Part shown: piece by piece, positions 10,380 to 20,777 of the stretch
How positions within the stretch are numbered: the first letter of the stretch is position 1
How the letters are laid out: each line of letters opens with the position of its first letter
Origin: a virus
Virus record (IMG/VR): IMGVR_UViG_3300045988_169928
Span: 45,391-109,390 of that record
DNA length: 64,000 nt
Reading direction: 5' to 3' (one strand)
Position numbers and translations under genes: made by a program
The notes under the pieces: generated by a model
What the model was told of the DNA's origin: nothing
Databases searched by the model: none
Seen by the model: only the letters and a program-made list of their open reading frames with translations

Positions 10380-10484
10380 TCCTTTGTTCCTTTATGACAT
10401 CTTTATTATGCAACAATCATAGCTAATTGTCAACACTTTTTTTAGATTAACAGGTTATATTAAGTAAGAAATGGTGGTGATTAA

Positions 10485-11459
10485 ATGGAAAATGAAACAG
10501 TCGAACGTCTGAACCCACTCTATGTTCAGTCACAAATGAAACCAATCGAGATTAAAGGAGTTGTCCAATTAATCGAACAACACTCGATTGAAAGTATCTA
10601 TGAACAGTCCTACAAGTGTCCCTGTGTCGATCCACAAACCTTACAACCAAGACCAGATTGCCCAATCTGTCATGGGCAGGGCTTTATCTTCATGCACCCT
10701 AAATCTTTGGATATTGCTTTTGTATCTGACCAAAAACAGTTCAGTCTAAATACCCAAGGAATAGATCAAAATGGGGCAACTTTGGCAACTCCTCAAATTA
10801 CTATTAACCAAGTTGAGCAAGGAATTAAACCCGGAGATCGTATTACAGTCCCCGGTTGGACTACTACTGAAAACTATATCTTCAACGTAGACCAGCAACG
10901 ATTGAATAATGGTATCTATTTACCATATAAAGTACAATCCATTAATGAAGCCTATGCCATTTCAGGTGGTAGTTTATCCCGGTTAAAAGAGGGTGATCTA
11001 ACCCTTGATGGTGACTTCTTAAAAGTAACCAACGATCAACTATTGAATAGCACTATCTCCCTAAGCCTAGAGGTAGTTAAACGTTTCTATGTAGTTAGCC
11101 TTGATAAGGAATTACGTTACCAGAAATACTTAAACCTAGCTCAAAAGTTGTGGGCGCTTGGTAATGGTACTGGCGAAATCAGCAGTGATGAAACTGATGA
11201 TTATACGACCCTTAATAGTTACCTTAGTAACCAACAGGCTATGCAAATGGATAAGGTTAAATTTCCACAAGTTCAAAAACGAGATGGGAAGCTAATTGAT
11301 ACTGGCAAGAAACAAATCTACCGTTTGCCACCCCAGTTAAGATTAAAGCGGGAAAACTTATATTTCTCAAATATTAATCTTACTAATAAGGAAAGCAATG
11401 GTAATACAGCTATTACTGACCCACGGGTTACTGAAATGAATGACTTCTTAGGTGATTAA
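10485..11459 (+). CDS. hypothetical protein with CPC...CPIC zinc-binding-like motif
   Basis: RBS GGTGGTGA upstream. KCPCVDPQTLQPRPDCPICHGQG. First gene of a tightly packed 4-gene plus-strand cassette embedded in the minus-strand morphogenesis module. Confidence 0.6.
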   Translation: MENETVERLNPLYVQSQMKPIEIKGVVQLIEQHSIESIYEQSYKCPCVDPQTLQPRPDCPICHGQGFIFMHPKSLDIAFVSDQKQFSLNTQGIDQNGATLATPQITINQVEQGIKPGDRITVPGWTTTENYIFNVDQQRLNNGIYLPYKVQSINEAYAISGGSLSRLKEGDLTLDGDFLKVTNDQLLNSTISLSLEVVKRFYVVSLDKELRYQKYLNLAQKLWALGNGTGEISSDETDDYTTLNSYLSNQQAMQMDKVKFPQVQKRDGKLIDTGKKQIYRLPPQLRLKRENLYFSNINLTNKESNGNTAITDPRVTEMNDFLGD

Positions 11460-11461
11460 TC

Positions 11462-12175
11462 ATGGCTAGTATTGGTAACTTAATCGGGCGTGAAGGTATT
11501 AACGCTTTAAAGAAATACCTTGAAGATGATATTAGTAAAGAAAAATATGTTAATTCATATGCTAAAGGGTTACAAAAGCAACTAGAACAAACTTTTGGTA
11601 AACAAGCAATTAAACTTAGCACTAATGGTTTGAAGGTTGCCTATAAAATAATTGAAGATACTAGTACCAATGAACAAATTAGGTTCATTGATCTAAAGCC
11701 ATACTTCATGCAGTCACCCAAAGCTAAGCCAACCAAAGATGGTGGCTGGTATCTAAAGATTCCAGTTGGTGGTTTCCAATCCACTACCAAAATGCGAATG
11801 GCCTATGGACGGTCACTGTGGGACGATATTAGCCACTTAAACTTTGGGGAAACTGGTGGCCAGAATGCTAATATTGAACGCTTTAAGAAAGTCCTTAATA
11901 GTTCTGGTGAAGGCGAGGGGGTACTAGCTTACCAATGGAAGTCCACCAACATTACCCGTATTCAATCAGGTGGTGGTAAGTATGGACACTACATTACTTT
12001 CAGAACCGTGTCCAATAAGTCCGACCCTATGAGTTGGGTTGTGGGGCGTAATGCTATGCAACAACAAGTCAACGCCCGGTCTTTTGACCCTCAAAAGGCT
12101 AAAATAATATCTAATATCATTCGTGAAGCCATTATTAGAAACATTGAACAGTACAACCAAAAGGAGGATATGTAA
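11462..12175 (+). CDS. hypothetical protein (cassette gene 2)
   Basis: Starts 3 nt after the previous stop. 237 aa. No recognisable motif. Confidence 0.55.
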   Translation: MASIGNLIGREGINALKKYLEDDISKEKYVNSYAKGLQKQLEQTFGKQAIKLSTNGLKVAYKIIEDTSTNEQIRFIDLKPYFMQSPKAKPTKDGGWYLKIPVGGFQSTTKMRMAYGRSLWDDISHLNFGETGGQNANIERFKKVLNSSGEGEGVLAYQWKSTNITRIQSGGGKYGHYITFRTVSNKSDPMSWVVGRNAMQQQVNARSFDPQKAKIISNIIREAIIRNIEQYNQKEDM

Positions 12176-13011
12176 TGGCCATTGTAAACGTAGATCAGTT
12201 ACTATTAGATGAAACCAATTCAATCTTAACTGGTGTCCTTGCTAATAGTAACTATCTAAAAAACAATATTCTTAATTCTCTCCCCAGTGATATGGTAGAT
12301 TCATTTATTAATGAGTATTGTACTGATAGCAATCACCTTGGAAAGAAGATTAACACCTACTTTGCCTTCCCAACTACTGCCCCAACGACCGCATTCCTCT
12401 TATTTCAATTTAAAGGGTCAGAAGAAGATGATGAATCTAGTGCCCTCGGGAGTGTTGAAGGACAAACCATCTCTAATAGTGTTGGCCAAGCTATTCATGA
12501 AAAGTTAGTTGTTAAAACCAAAAATGCAACAGCTTGGGTTGAACCTACTCAACAAATTCATAGTGTTATCTCAATCCCCCAAACCACTAATTATAACTTG
12601 CAAGATAATAAAGTTTATCTAACATATATTCCACCTTATGGTGATGGACAACACAAAATTGACCTGTATTACAATACAAAGGTTGAAAAAGATGGTTATA
12701 GCAGTCCAATTGGTATCAATACTAATGAAGGGGTAACAATTGACTTTGTATGTAGCAACATTAGTACCATTCGTTGTTTGTCTGCTATCTTTACTTATAT
12801 TCGTATATACTTAAAACAAACCTTGGAAGAAAACTATAATGTTTACCTTCCAACAATTGAGATGAATGGTATGGACGTAATTGAAGATACTAAAAGTAAT
12901 GGTTTAGATAGCCAACCACTATTCTACCGGCGCTTAACAGTTACCTACAAAGTTACCCAAACCATTGATCAGAATACTAGTCTCATTGAAAATATTAAAA
13001 CAGGGTGGTAA
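12175..13011 (+). CDS. hypothetical protein (cassette gene 3)
   Basis: ATG overlaps the previous stop (ATGGCC at 12175). 278 aa. Confidence 0.55.
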   Translation: MAIVNVDQLLLDETNSILTGVLANSNYLKNNILNSLPSDMVDSFINEYCTDSNHLGKKINTYFAFPTTAPTTAFLLFQFKGSEEDDESSALGSVEGQTISNSVGQAIHEKLVVKTKNATAWVEPTQQIHSVISIPQTTNYNLQDNKVYLTYIPPYGDGQHKIDLYYNTKVEKDGYSSPIGINTNEGVTIDFVCSNISTIRCLSAIFTYIRIYLKQTLEENYNVYLPTIEMNGMDVIEDTKSNGLDSQPLFYRRLTVTYKVTQTIDQNTSLIENIKTGW

Positions 13012-13014
13012 AAC

Positions 13015-13221
13015 ATGGTCGAAAAGAAAACAGAAAGCAAAGTTAAAGTATTTAGCCTAGACAAGTTTATTCAAACAGCTAAGTCACTTCCTAAGTACAA
13101 AGGAGTAACTGATATTCAATATGCGGGTTTTATCCGTTTAATGGAAACCCAAGATCGGCAGTTCAGCCTTGAAGGCGGAGCCGATTATGTAAAAGACCTA
13201 GACGCTTATCTAGGTTTGTAA
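13015..13221 (+). CDS. hypothetical small protein (cassette gene 4)
   Basis: 68 aa, 3 nt after the previous stop, followed by a bidirectional terminator. Confidence 0.45.
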   Translation: MVEKKTESKVKVFSLDKFIQTAKSLPKYKGVTDIQYAGFIRLMETQDRQFSLEGGADYVKDLDAYLGL

Positions 13222-13228
13222 ATAAATA

Positions 13229-13262
13229 AGCACCTACCAAACTTAATGGTGGGTGCTTTTAT
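13229..13262. terminator. bidirectional rho-independent terminator between convergent units
   Basis: AAGCACCTACC-AAACTTAAT-GGTGGGTGCTTTT hairpin with A-run before and T-run after. Sits between the plus cassette and the minus-strand head genes. Confidence 0.6.
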
Positions 13263-13327
13263 TATGCCTGTATTTGGCCTTGAGAAGCTCATACAGCCAT
13301 CTTAGATATATGTGTGGTTAATTATAC

Positions 13328-14254
13328 CTAGATCTCGTTATAACGGTTAATCAGCTCCTCTGGAGCTACTTCGTCATCATCAAAGCCTTCAACATCATGG
13401 TAAAGACTTTGCAAGTTCTTGAGAATCTTTTGGTCATGGAAGTTAGCCTTACCATAGTAGTTGTTAATAGACTTGGTGATAACGTCCTTTAATTCACTCG
13501 CCTTAACTACATCTTCATCTACGGACTTAGCAACTTCATCAGAAGCAGGGTCAACCGACTTACCTTCTGGGAAGCTCTTAGATACTTCTTCCTTTTCATC
13601 TTCTTCATAGATAGACTTAGCTACCTTGTCAATCGACTTAGCTACTTCGGCCTTCTTGCTTTCTCCGTCCGTAGACTTAGCTACTTCTTCTTCGGACTTT
13701 TCAACGCTGTCCTCTGGTTCTTCAACCGACTTTTCAACTTCCTTATCTGGATCTGGTTCCTTAACAGACTTTTCAACCATACCAAGCAAAGATTGGTTCT
13801 GAACAACGACAGACTTAACCAAACCAATTAATTCGTTAGTAGCACCAATCAAAGACTTAACCATTTCATCGTCCTTTGGTTCATCTACTGACTTTTCAAC
13901 GTCTGGGTCTACATCTTCGGACTTCTTAGCCTTGTGACAAGATTCTTCTACTTCGTCATCTTTACTCTTGATAGCGTCCTCATCATCTGCACCATCTTCA
14001 TCATCTGCACCATCTTCATCGCCCGAATCATCAGACTTATTGGACTTCTTAGCCATCTTTTCCTTTTCCGGCTTGTCGTCTTCGTCACCGTCACCATCAG
14101 GAATTTGGCCATCATGAATTTGAACAGATTCCTCTACTTCATCATCTTCGGCGTCATCTTTCTTGAGTTCCTTATGTTCAAGGGACTTGGCTTCGTTTTC
14201 TTCGAGGGACTTCTTAATTTCATCAATGTGTTCAAAAACGTCTTTTAATTCCAT
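13328..14254 (-). CDS. acidic scaffold-like protein
   Basis: Extremely D/E/K-rich with DDEDGADDEDGADDED repeats. Likely start ATG at 14254 with RBS AAGGAG (the track ORF 13328..14356 overlaps the protease gene). Located next to the prohead protease. Confidence 0.55.
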   Translation of the reverse strand: MELKDVFEHIDEIKKSLEENEAKSLEHKELKKDDAEDDEVEESVQIHDGQIPDGDGDEDDKPEKEKMAKKSNKSDDSGDEDGADDEDGADDEDAIKSKDDEVEESCHKAKKSEDVDPDVEKSVDEPKDDEMVKSLIGATNELIGLVKSVVVQNQSLLGMVEKSVKEPDPDKEVEKSVEEPEDSVEKSEEEVAKSTDGESKKAEVAKSIDKVAKSIYEEDEKEEVSKSFPEGKSVDPASDEVAKSVDEDVVKASELKDVITKSINNYYGKANFHDQKILKNLQSLYHDVEGFDDDEVAPEELINRYNEI

Positions 14255-14273
14255 ATCTTTATAAATCTCCTTA

Positions 14274-15128
14274 TTAATCATTACCTGGATTGATTGAATT
14301 TTCAAGTTGTCTAAGACGATTATCTGTATCTGCTTGTTGATCAACTGTTCGCACAATTAACCGGGCGTCTGCTTCGGATAACCCACTAAATAACTGAACA
14401 AAGATAACCCTTGCGTCCTCGTCAGCGTCATTCTTATCTAATTCTTCGGCTAAACTAGTTGCCACCGTTTCCAATCCAAGTTTCTTGGCCTGCTTTAAGT
14501 TAAATACTAGATTGTTAAAGGTGCCTAAAAAAGATTCCTTACGAAAGGCGGCCCCACCTTGAACTGTTGCACTATTTACGTCATACCCAGCAGTCATAGT
14601 TTCCATGTCTTTGATTACTTGGTCGCTACTCTTGTTTTTAGAGTTAAACAAAGACTTGTTTAGTACCTGCCAACTACAAGCGGGGTTAGCCGGGTGTGTA
14701 GTTACTGCTACCCCAGTAATCTGAACCTGACGAATAATTGAATCATCTTCATCGTCCCGTTCAATAACTTTACCTTCAACTGAAAAACCTAAATGACGAT
14801 CAATATCATTTTCCTCAATGTTTTTGTACAGCTTAATAATATTCTGTACCTGTTCCATATTAGAAAATAGCTTAGCCTCTAGAAATAAACCCTTGTTATC
14901 TAAATGTGTATTCTCCGTTGGTACCCCGATAATCTGATCAGTATCATGTTCATAGTCGATATAACCATGATCTAACAAATATTCATAGTGAATACCATTA
15001 GGGTCAATTGTTTCTCCCTGATAATCTCTGTCCCCTGTCGATGAGTAGCCACTAATCGTAATGACTTTATCATCATCAGACTTGGCAACTTTATCAAATG
15101 GGAGAAACACATCAAATTTTGCCACCAA
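14274..15128 (-). CDS. prohead maturation protease (HK97-like, peptidase S78/U35 family)
   Basis: ISGYSSTGDRDYQGETIDPNG...YIDYEHD matches the S78 N-terminal GYAS...D...G..I.PGAF pattern and the His-containing motif, from memory of family PF04586. Confidence 0.7.
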   Translation of the reverse strand: MVAKFDVFLPFDKVAKSDDDKVITISGYSSTGDRDYQGETIDPNGIHYEYLLDHGYIDYEHDTDQIIGVPTENTHLDNKGLFLEAKLFSNMEQVQNIIKLYKNIEENDIDRHLGFSVEGKVIERDDEDDSIIRQVQITGVAVTTHPANPACSWQVLNKSLFNSKNKSSDQVIKDMETMTAGYDVNSATVQGGAAFRKESFLGTFNNLVFNLKQAKKLGLETVATSLAEELDKNDADEDARVIFVQLFSGLSEADARLIVRTVDQQADTDNRLRQLENSINPGND

Positions 15129-15232
15129 ATCACCACCAATACATACTATATACTACTAATAATATAAACACGATTAAATTATTAGCCAATAAAAAAACCT
15201 AGGTAAGATACCTAGGCTCTTATTAGTTATAC

Positions 15233-16723
15233 CTACGACAATTCAAACAGGGATTCAGCGTCACTAGCATATAATACGTTGTGGAGCTTCACAATTCGCT
15301 TAGGGTAAATTACCTGTAATGCGCCGTACCAGAGCATTGCAAAGTTCGTAGCAGTGGTCGTTACAGCCAGTGGGAACTTCATAATTGGTGCAAACTCAAG
15401 GTAACGAATGTTTTCTGGACGCCGGTCAAGAATGAATACGTCAGCCGTACCCGGAATAGTTTCGTTAACATCGGTGTAAGTCAAAGTCCCGTTTTGGAAC
15501 TTGGACATCGGTACCCGGTCAATCAGACGGAAATCTTCATCGCCCGGTACATCAGACTTCCGGTAGATGGCTACATAGTGCGGAAGGTCAGTTACCAATG
15601 GAGAAAGAGTAATCGTAAGAGTTACCCCGTCAGTTGCGGCAGTCGGAGTAGCCGTAGCAATATCAGATGGAAGGCTGTCGTGAGCGCCAACAGCAACTAC
15701 CCGATATTGAAGTTCAGTCCCTACTTCCTTGCTAAGGATTGTCCGACCCTTTGCGTCCTTCTTATCGTCAGTTAAGAAGGCACCACCTTGACCAGCAACT
15801 TGCTTAGCTTGAACCGTAGGAGCGGCCCCAGCATTAACATCTGGAGTGGATTCAGTATCAAGTACCAAGTCAAGATCCATGATAGTAGAACCATGCAGGT
15901 TAATATCCCCATTAGCGGAGATGAACCGGGTAATATCAAACCCAACTTGCATTCCGTGGTCAGCCGGGTTCGGTTGAAGAATCCGTTGGGAACCAAGGTG
16001 TTGGTTAATGAAGTCAGCCTTGACACCAATCGGCATATAAGCGTCAGTTGCCTTCCCGTAACCACGCTTACCAATCATCGTAGCGGCTTCGTTCAGCTTA
16101 CCCGGATTTAAAGCGCCACCATGAAGGTCAATGACGTTATCTTGATCCATCAGCTTGGAGATACCGTCAAATTCGTAACCTTCACCATCTTGGGTAGCAA
16201 GGTCAGAATCTCCATAGAAGGTAGCATATTCAATTGCCTTAGCAATCGTATTTACCCCACTAATTTCCAGCAGGGTTTGGGTGTCAACCGTAGTGTTAGC
16301 CCATTGCATAGCAAAGGAAGCACCCTTAGTGTCAACTACGAACTTAACGTTAACGGTCTTTTGACGTGCGTTAGGCGTGTTAACACTTAACTTAGCAATT
16401 TCTGGTTGGAACAGTTGGTGTCCCGTCCGCCCATGGTTGTAGTATACGGTGTACTTTTGAACGGTTTGGTTAACCGGAACCCGTTCCAAGTCCTTGTAAA
16501 TGGTGAAGTCATTTTCACCAAAAGTAGTAATGTTCAGAGTTGGGTCAAGACTTTCCAACCGGTAAGCCGCCCCATCAACTTGTGTGTCGGGGGTAATACC
16601 ATAACCGGCCTCTAAAGCCTTACTAATTTCTGAAACCATACCATCGTTCTTGGCAATTTCTTCGGAACGATTCGTGGACTTAAATACAGTATCCGCGTGA
16701 CTCTTTGTTTCTAGCTTAGGCAT
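15233..16723 (-). CDS. putative major capsid protein (alternatively a large minor head protein)
   Basis: 496 aa between portal and protease with its own upstream promoter. Size and position fit a major head protein. No diagnostic motif. Confidence 0.4.
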   Translation of the reverse strand: MPKLETKSHADTVFKSTNRSEEIAKNDGMVSEISKALEAGYGITPDTQVDGAAYRLESLDPTLNITTFGENDFTIYKDLERVPVNQTVQKYTVYYNHGRTGHQLFQPEIAKLSVNTPNARQKTVNVKFVVDTKGASFAMQWANTTVDTQTLLEISGVNTIAKAIEYATFYGDSDLATQDGEGYEFDGISKLMDQDNVIDLHGGALNPGKLNEAATMIGKRGYGKATDAYMPIGVKADFINQHLGSQRILQPNPADHGMQVGFDITRFISANGDINLHGSTIMDLDLVLDTESTPDVNAGAAPTVQAKQVAGQGGAFLTDDKKDAKGRTILSKEVGTELQYRVVAVGAHDSLPSDIATATPTAATDGVTLTITLSPLVTDLPHYVAIYRKSDVPGDEDFRLIDRVPMSKFQNGTLTYTDVNETIPGTADVFILDRRPENIRYLEFAPIMKFPLAVTTTATNFAMLWYGALQVIYPKRIVKLHNVLYASDAESLFELS

Positions 16724-16974
16724 ATGTTCTAATAACTTCCTTTCATCTAGATGAATATCTATTTATTAATTCTAAGTACAATATAGATAAACCCTTGTTC
16801 TAAAATTAATATAAGAAATTATAACAAAAACAAAAAGACCATGAACGTTAATTCATGGCCTCTTTGCATTGTAGAAAGACAAATCAAAGAAAAGAAAGAA
16901 GTTTTATCACTCGGCTTGACTAAAGCCTTGACTATATATTAACACACTCTATCAAATTGTCAACACTTTATCGA

Positions 16975-18525
16975 TTATTTTTCTTTAGTTTCTTGCTTTT
17001 GCTTTTCTTCGGCCATTTCAGCACCAGATACTCCCTTGTCAGGGTTACTCTTATCCTTTTGCTGTAATTCCTTATTGGAATCTGGGTCATTTTTAGCAAT
17101 GGTATTAAGGTACTGAATATAAGCAGGACTACCCGGAACATCACCATTCTCTACTGGCTTCAATCCCATCATGGCCCGACCTTCATTAATAGTTAAGCCA
17201 ACTTCTTCCTTAGACTTAATTAAAGCAACTTCTTTTTCAGCCTTTTCTTCGTCACTCGGTGTGAAAATAAATTGATATTCATTATCAACATAAGCAAGAA
17301 TACTGTCAGTCATTAACCGTTCAATATTCTTGAGCAAGGGAATTAAACCTGATTCCTTAGAAGCGGTTAACTTAGCTTGAGCCGTCTTACCTTCATTTAA
17401 AACAGAAGATCCTTTACCACTACCATTTACCCCACCACGGTTATTAACATTAATTTCTTCGGGTTGAATATTAAAAACAGCACAAATCTCATTTGTTAAA
17501 TACCCTAAGAATTGGGTAAACTCCATGTCTTTAGAGTTCTGTTGCATATTAACATACTTGGCGTCATGACCAAACATGATCGGAATCTTCCAACTACCAT
17601 TAACCGACTGGGCCGGGGTTAAATTACGCCGTAAGGCGTCTAGACTGGCCCGACTTCCCGTTGTTCCATCACCGGGGTCAATCAACAGCATACCCCGAGT
17701 TAAACCACCTTGGGAGAAGAAACGGGCGTTAAACTGTTCAGCATTGGTTCGGTAATTCAATTGGGGAATGGTTGCTTCCACCGGACTTTTACCATAACCA
17801 CCAGAACGAACGTTTGGTTGAGACCAGAAAGTCTTAAAGACTAAATCCTTGCTAGTATACGTGCTTTGCTTTTTGTGGTCAACATACTGGACATACGTCT
17901 TTGGGCGGTCAACAGATTTAGGGAACCGCTCAATTAAAATGTTACCAGCACTAACATGGTTAAAGTGGTTCAGTTGATTGCTAGACTTAGATTCAAAGAT
18001 ACGCTCAATATTAACCTGATCAAAGACGTAGTAGTCATAGATAACCTTAGCAAGAAACTCACTAAAATTGTCACGCCAATCAAATTGATCTTTACCCGTA
18101 TAATAGATAAACCGTTCAAGTTCCTTAGAACGTTCCTGTTCCTTTTTGGTCATAGAAGAATAGGTTTTACCCTTCTTAACTACCCTAAACCCATCACCAG
18201 TTGGACTTAAATGTGCGGGAGTAGCATAACGAACAACTTGGTTAGTTCGAGTACGGATAATTGATTGAACCAGAATATCTTCTGCATACTGGGTCAATTG
18301 GGCCTTCTTACGCAAGAAATAGTCTTGGTCAATCTGTGTACGCTGACCACTCCTTTGGTTTTCCCGGTCATTACCAATCGTAATAGATAAATCATCTAGT
18401 CGTTGGTCAGCTTTCCCCGGAGTAAACTTCTTGGCTAAGTCATTCTGATAGGACTTAGTTAGTTCCTCTGGACTAAAGTAATTCTTTTGTTCTCTAAACA
18501 TATCAAATAATCCCATGATTATCAC
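16975..18525 (-). CDS. portal protein
   Basis: 516 aa directly downstream of, and overlapping by 4 nt, the large terminase gene. Acidic C-terminus. Size and position typical of a portal. Confidence 0.6.
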   Translation of the reverse strand: MIIMGLFDMFREQKNYFSPEELTKSYQNDLAKKFTPGKADQRLDDLSITIGNDRENQRSGQRTQIDQDYFLRKKAQLTQYAEDILVQSIIRTRTNQVVRYATPAHLSPTGDGFRVVKKGKTYSSMTKKEQERSKELERFIYYTGKDQFDWRDNFSEFLAKVIYDYYVFDQVNIERIFESKSSNQLNHFNHVSAGNILIERFPKSVDRPKTYVQYVDHKKQSTYTSKDLVFKTFWSQPNVRSGGYGKSPVEATIPQLNYRTNAEQFNARFFSQGGLTRGMLLIDPGDGTTGSRASLDALRRNLTPAQSVNGSWKIPIMFGHDAKYVNMQQNSKDMEFTQFLGYLTNEICAVFNIQPEEINVNNRGGVNGSGKGSSVLNEGKTAQAKLTASKESGLIPLLKNIERLMTDSILAYVDNEYQFIFTPSDEEKAEKEVALIKSKEEVGLTINEGRAMMGLKPVENGDVPGSPAYIQYLNTIAKNDPDSNKELQQKDKSNPDKGVSGAEMAEEKQKQETKEK

Positions 18526-20363
18526 TCACCAAATTCCTTTACATCTGTCACCCCATACTCACGTTGTAAGTCGGTCTGTTCTCCATTAAATAATTCCGGT
18601 GATAAAAACTGCATTTCAATAGCGTTCCGATGTGCTAACGCATACTCTTTCATCAACTTATCTAGACCCACAAAGGAGTAGACTAATGTTTGCATTGCAT
18701 GATCAGGCCCTTTACGTAAAATAACCTTGTCATATACAATCGTATGTGTAGCCGGATCTTCCTTTTCATCAGTTCTAAAGACAACATTTTGGACGTGCTT
18801 AATAAAAGTTTGAATAATTGGGTCTAACCGTGAACCCCGCCAAAACTTAATATCGCCACGCTTAATGTTAGCAATCATCATCATATTCTGTGTGTACTTA
18901 TCAATAGTAACTGTATTATCAGCGTCACTGAAATGTGAATTGTAGTCACCATTGGTTTTAGCTGATCTAACCTTAACAGAGTATACCCTTTCAGAGCCAT
19001 AGTAAGCTAACAACTTTTGATCATATGACCCAGAAAAACCTAAGTCTGGACAAATAATATCAGGGTTGTACTGATTAATCTTTCTAACCACTTGGTTTAA
19101 ATCTTGTTCAATATGTTCAGCACCAGTTGACCGAGGAATAAAAGTAATATCCATAAGTCTAATTTGACCGGTGGTAGTCATTCCAATAGTCACAACAGTA
19201 TGGTTATGTTCTCCCCAATCAATCCCGGTTGCTACGAACCGATATTCGTCTGTTCTCTGTTCGGGCTTTTCATAATCAATTTCATTAGAGTATACATCAT
19301 AATCGTGAAAGGCCACGGACTTATCTTCATAAGGCATACCTAAAGAATAGTTATAGAAAAACTGTTTTGATGGTGCCCGTAACTCATCTTGCTTGAGCTG
19401 ATCGGCACTCACCCACACGGCGTCCATTTGAGAAATAGAATACCCATGTGTCCGTCCGGCTAGTGGTCGTTCAGTTACCCAATGACCACTATACCAACGA
19501 TCTAAAGGACGCCCACACTTAGCACAGACAAACTGGAAGGTACCGGGTTGTACTGTTAAACCAATATCATCAACCCCATCTGGGTTAATTTGTTGAATAT
19601 TCTTTTCATAGTCCAATACTTGTTCATACCCACAATGTGAACATTTGTGGTACCAGCGCCGTTGATCAGATTGTTCAAATAGTTTGTGGATCCCGTATGA
19701 TGGGACGGTCGGGGTACTCCATCGGCGCAACATTTTATACTTTGAAGAAGTCATACCTTGCAAAGCTGATTGTTCCGCTAATGGGTTTAGCCTGTCATAC
19801 TCATCAAGAGAAACGAAATCCAAGTCCATACCTTCCATAGTAGCCCCGCTAGAACTGGAGCGGAAAACTAAATTTGAATCTCTAATCTTCATCTTCTTTA
19901 AAGTCATCGATTTAGGATCATAAATCAATGAACGATAATAACCATGATTAAATTCAGGTTGTAAACGTTGGGCTACAAAGTCCTCCAACTGTCGATTAGT
20001 TGGGAAAGTATACAAAGCATTGACCCGATCAAATGAATGTGTATCTAACCACCAGATTAATTGTTCAATCCCTAATTCAGATAACCCTAACTGCCGGGAC
20101 TTAATAATAATCACATCTTGATAGGTGTCATTTAAAATACCAACTTGAAATGTACGGTGAGCCAAAGCCCGATTAATATTATGGTCAGGAATATTAAAGG
20201 TAATCGGATTTCCCCGAATTGTATGGTTAGCAACAATATAGTTACTAGGCTTACTCATCATCAATACATAATTTAATTGATCCATCGTTACCCGATCATC
20301 TGGGGAAAGTTTAAACATCTTTCTGGTAGCTTTAACCAGTTGAGTACCATTCAATAATAACAC
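18522..20363 (-). CDS. terL: terminase large subunit
   Basis: 613 aa. Deviant Walker A IIIKSRQLGLSE (compare T4 gp17 SRQLGKT). Acidic Walker-B-like LDFVSLDEYD. C-terminal nuclease-sized domain. Confidence 0.8.
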   Translation of the reverse strand: MLLLNGTQLVKATRKMFKLSPDDRVTMDQLNYVLMMSKPSNYIVANHTIRGNPITFNIPDHNINRALAHRTFQVGILNDTYQDVIIIKSRQLGLSELGIEQLIWWLDTHSFDRVNALYTFPTNRQLEDFVAQRLQPEFNHGYYRSLIYDPKSMTLKKMKIRDSNLVFRSSSSGATMEGMDLDFVSLDEYDRLNPLAEQSALQGMTSSKYKMLRRWSTPTVPSYGIHKLFEQSDQRRWYHKCSHCGYEQVLDYEKNIQQINPDGVDDIGLTVQPGTFQFVCAKCGRPLDRWYSGHWVTERPLAGRTHGYSISQMDAVWVSADQLKQDELRAPSKQFFYNYSLGMPYEDKSVAFHDYDVYSNEIDYEKPEQRTDEYRFVATGIDWGEHNHTVVTIGMTTTGQIRLMDITFIPRSTGAEHIEQDLNQVVRKINQYNPDIICPDLGFSGSYDQKLLAYYGSERVYSVKVRSAKTNGDYNSHFSDADNTVTIDKYTQNMMMIANIKRGDIKFWRGSRLDPIIQTFIKHVQNVVFRTDEKEDPATHTIVYDKVILRKGPDHAMQTLVYSFVGLDKLMKEYALAHRNAIEMQFLSPELFNGEQTDLQREYGVTDVKEFGE

Positions 20364-20777
20364 CTACCCTTCGTTTGCTTTTAAATTATCATCATTCTGT
20401 GCCTTAAACTGTTGATCTAACATCTTATCAACTTCTTCGCTAGATAAGTTCAATAAATCCTCTTGGTCAACAACCTTAGAACCATCACTAGGATCTTCTT
20501 TAACATCTAAATCTTTACTTAGAATATTAACGACTTCGGGACTAGCTTGTGGTGTTCCTAGGGTACTATCTTGTTCCCCAGACTGTGTTAGTAACATATA
20601 AACACTAGCCAGATCTTTAATATCCTTAACATCTAAGTCTAGTTCGTTATTCTTAATCTTACCTAGTAATTTTTCAGACGCCAAGTCTAAGGACTGCTTA
20701 ACATTATCAAGGGATTGGTCTTTATCCCCGGTTCCATTATCTGCTAAAGAATTACGTAATGAATCGATTAGTCCCAT
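20364..20777 (-). CDS. hypothetical acidic protein (possible small terminase, unproven)
   Basis: 137 aa immediately upstream of terL with abutting stop and start. No HTH seen. Confidence 0.3.
   Translation of the reverse strand: MGLIDSLRNSLADNGTGDKDQSLDNVKQSLDLASEKLLGKIKNNELDLDVKDIKDLASVYMLLTQSGEQDSTLGTPQASPEVVNILSKDLDVKEDPSDGSKVVDQEDLLNLSSEEVDKMLDQQFKAQNDDNLKANEG

Noticed and set aside
20364-20777. Small terminase subunit call
   Set aside because: Position fits (immediately upstream of terL) but the protein is highly acidic with no recognisable HTH or oligomerisation signature. Left as hypothetical with low confidence.
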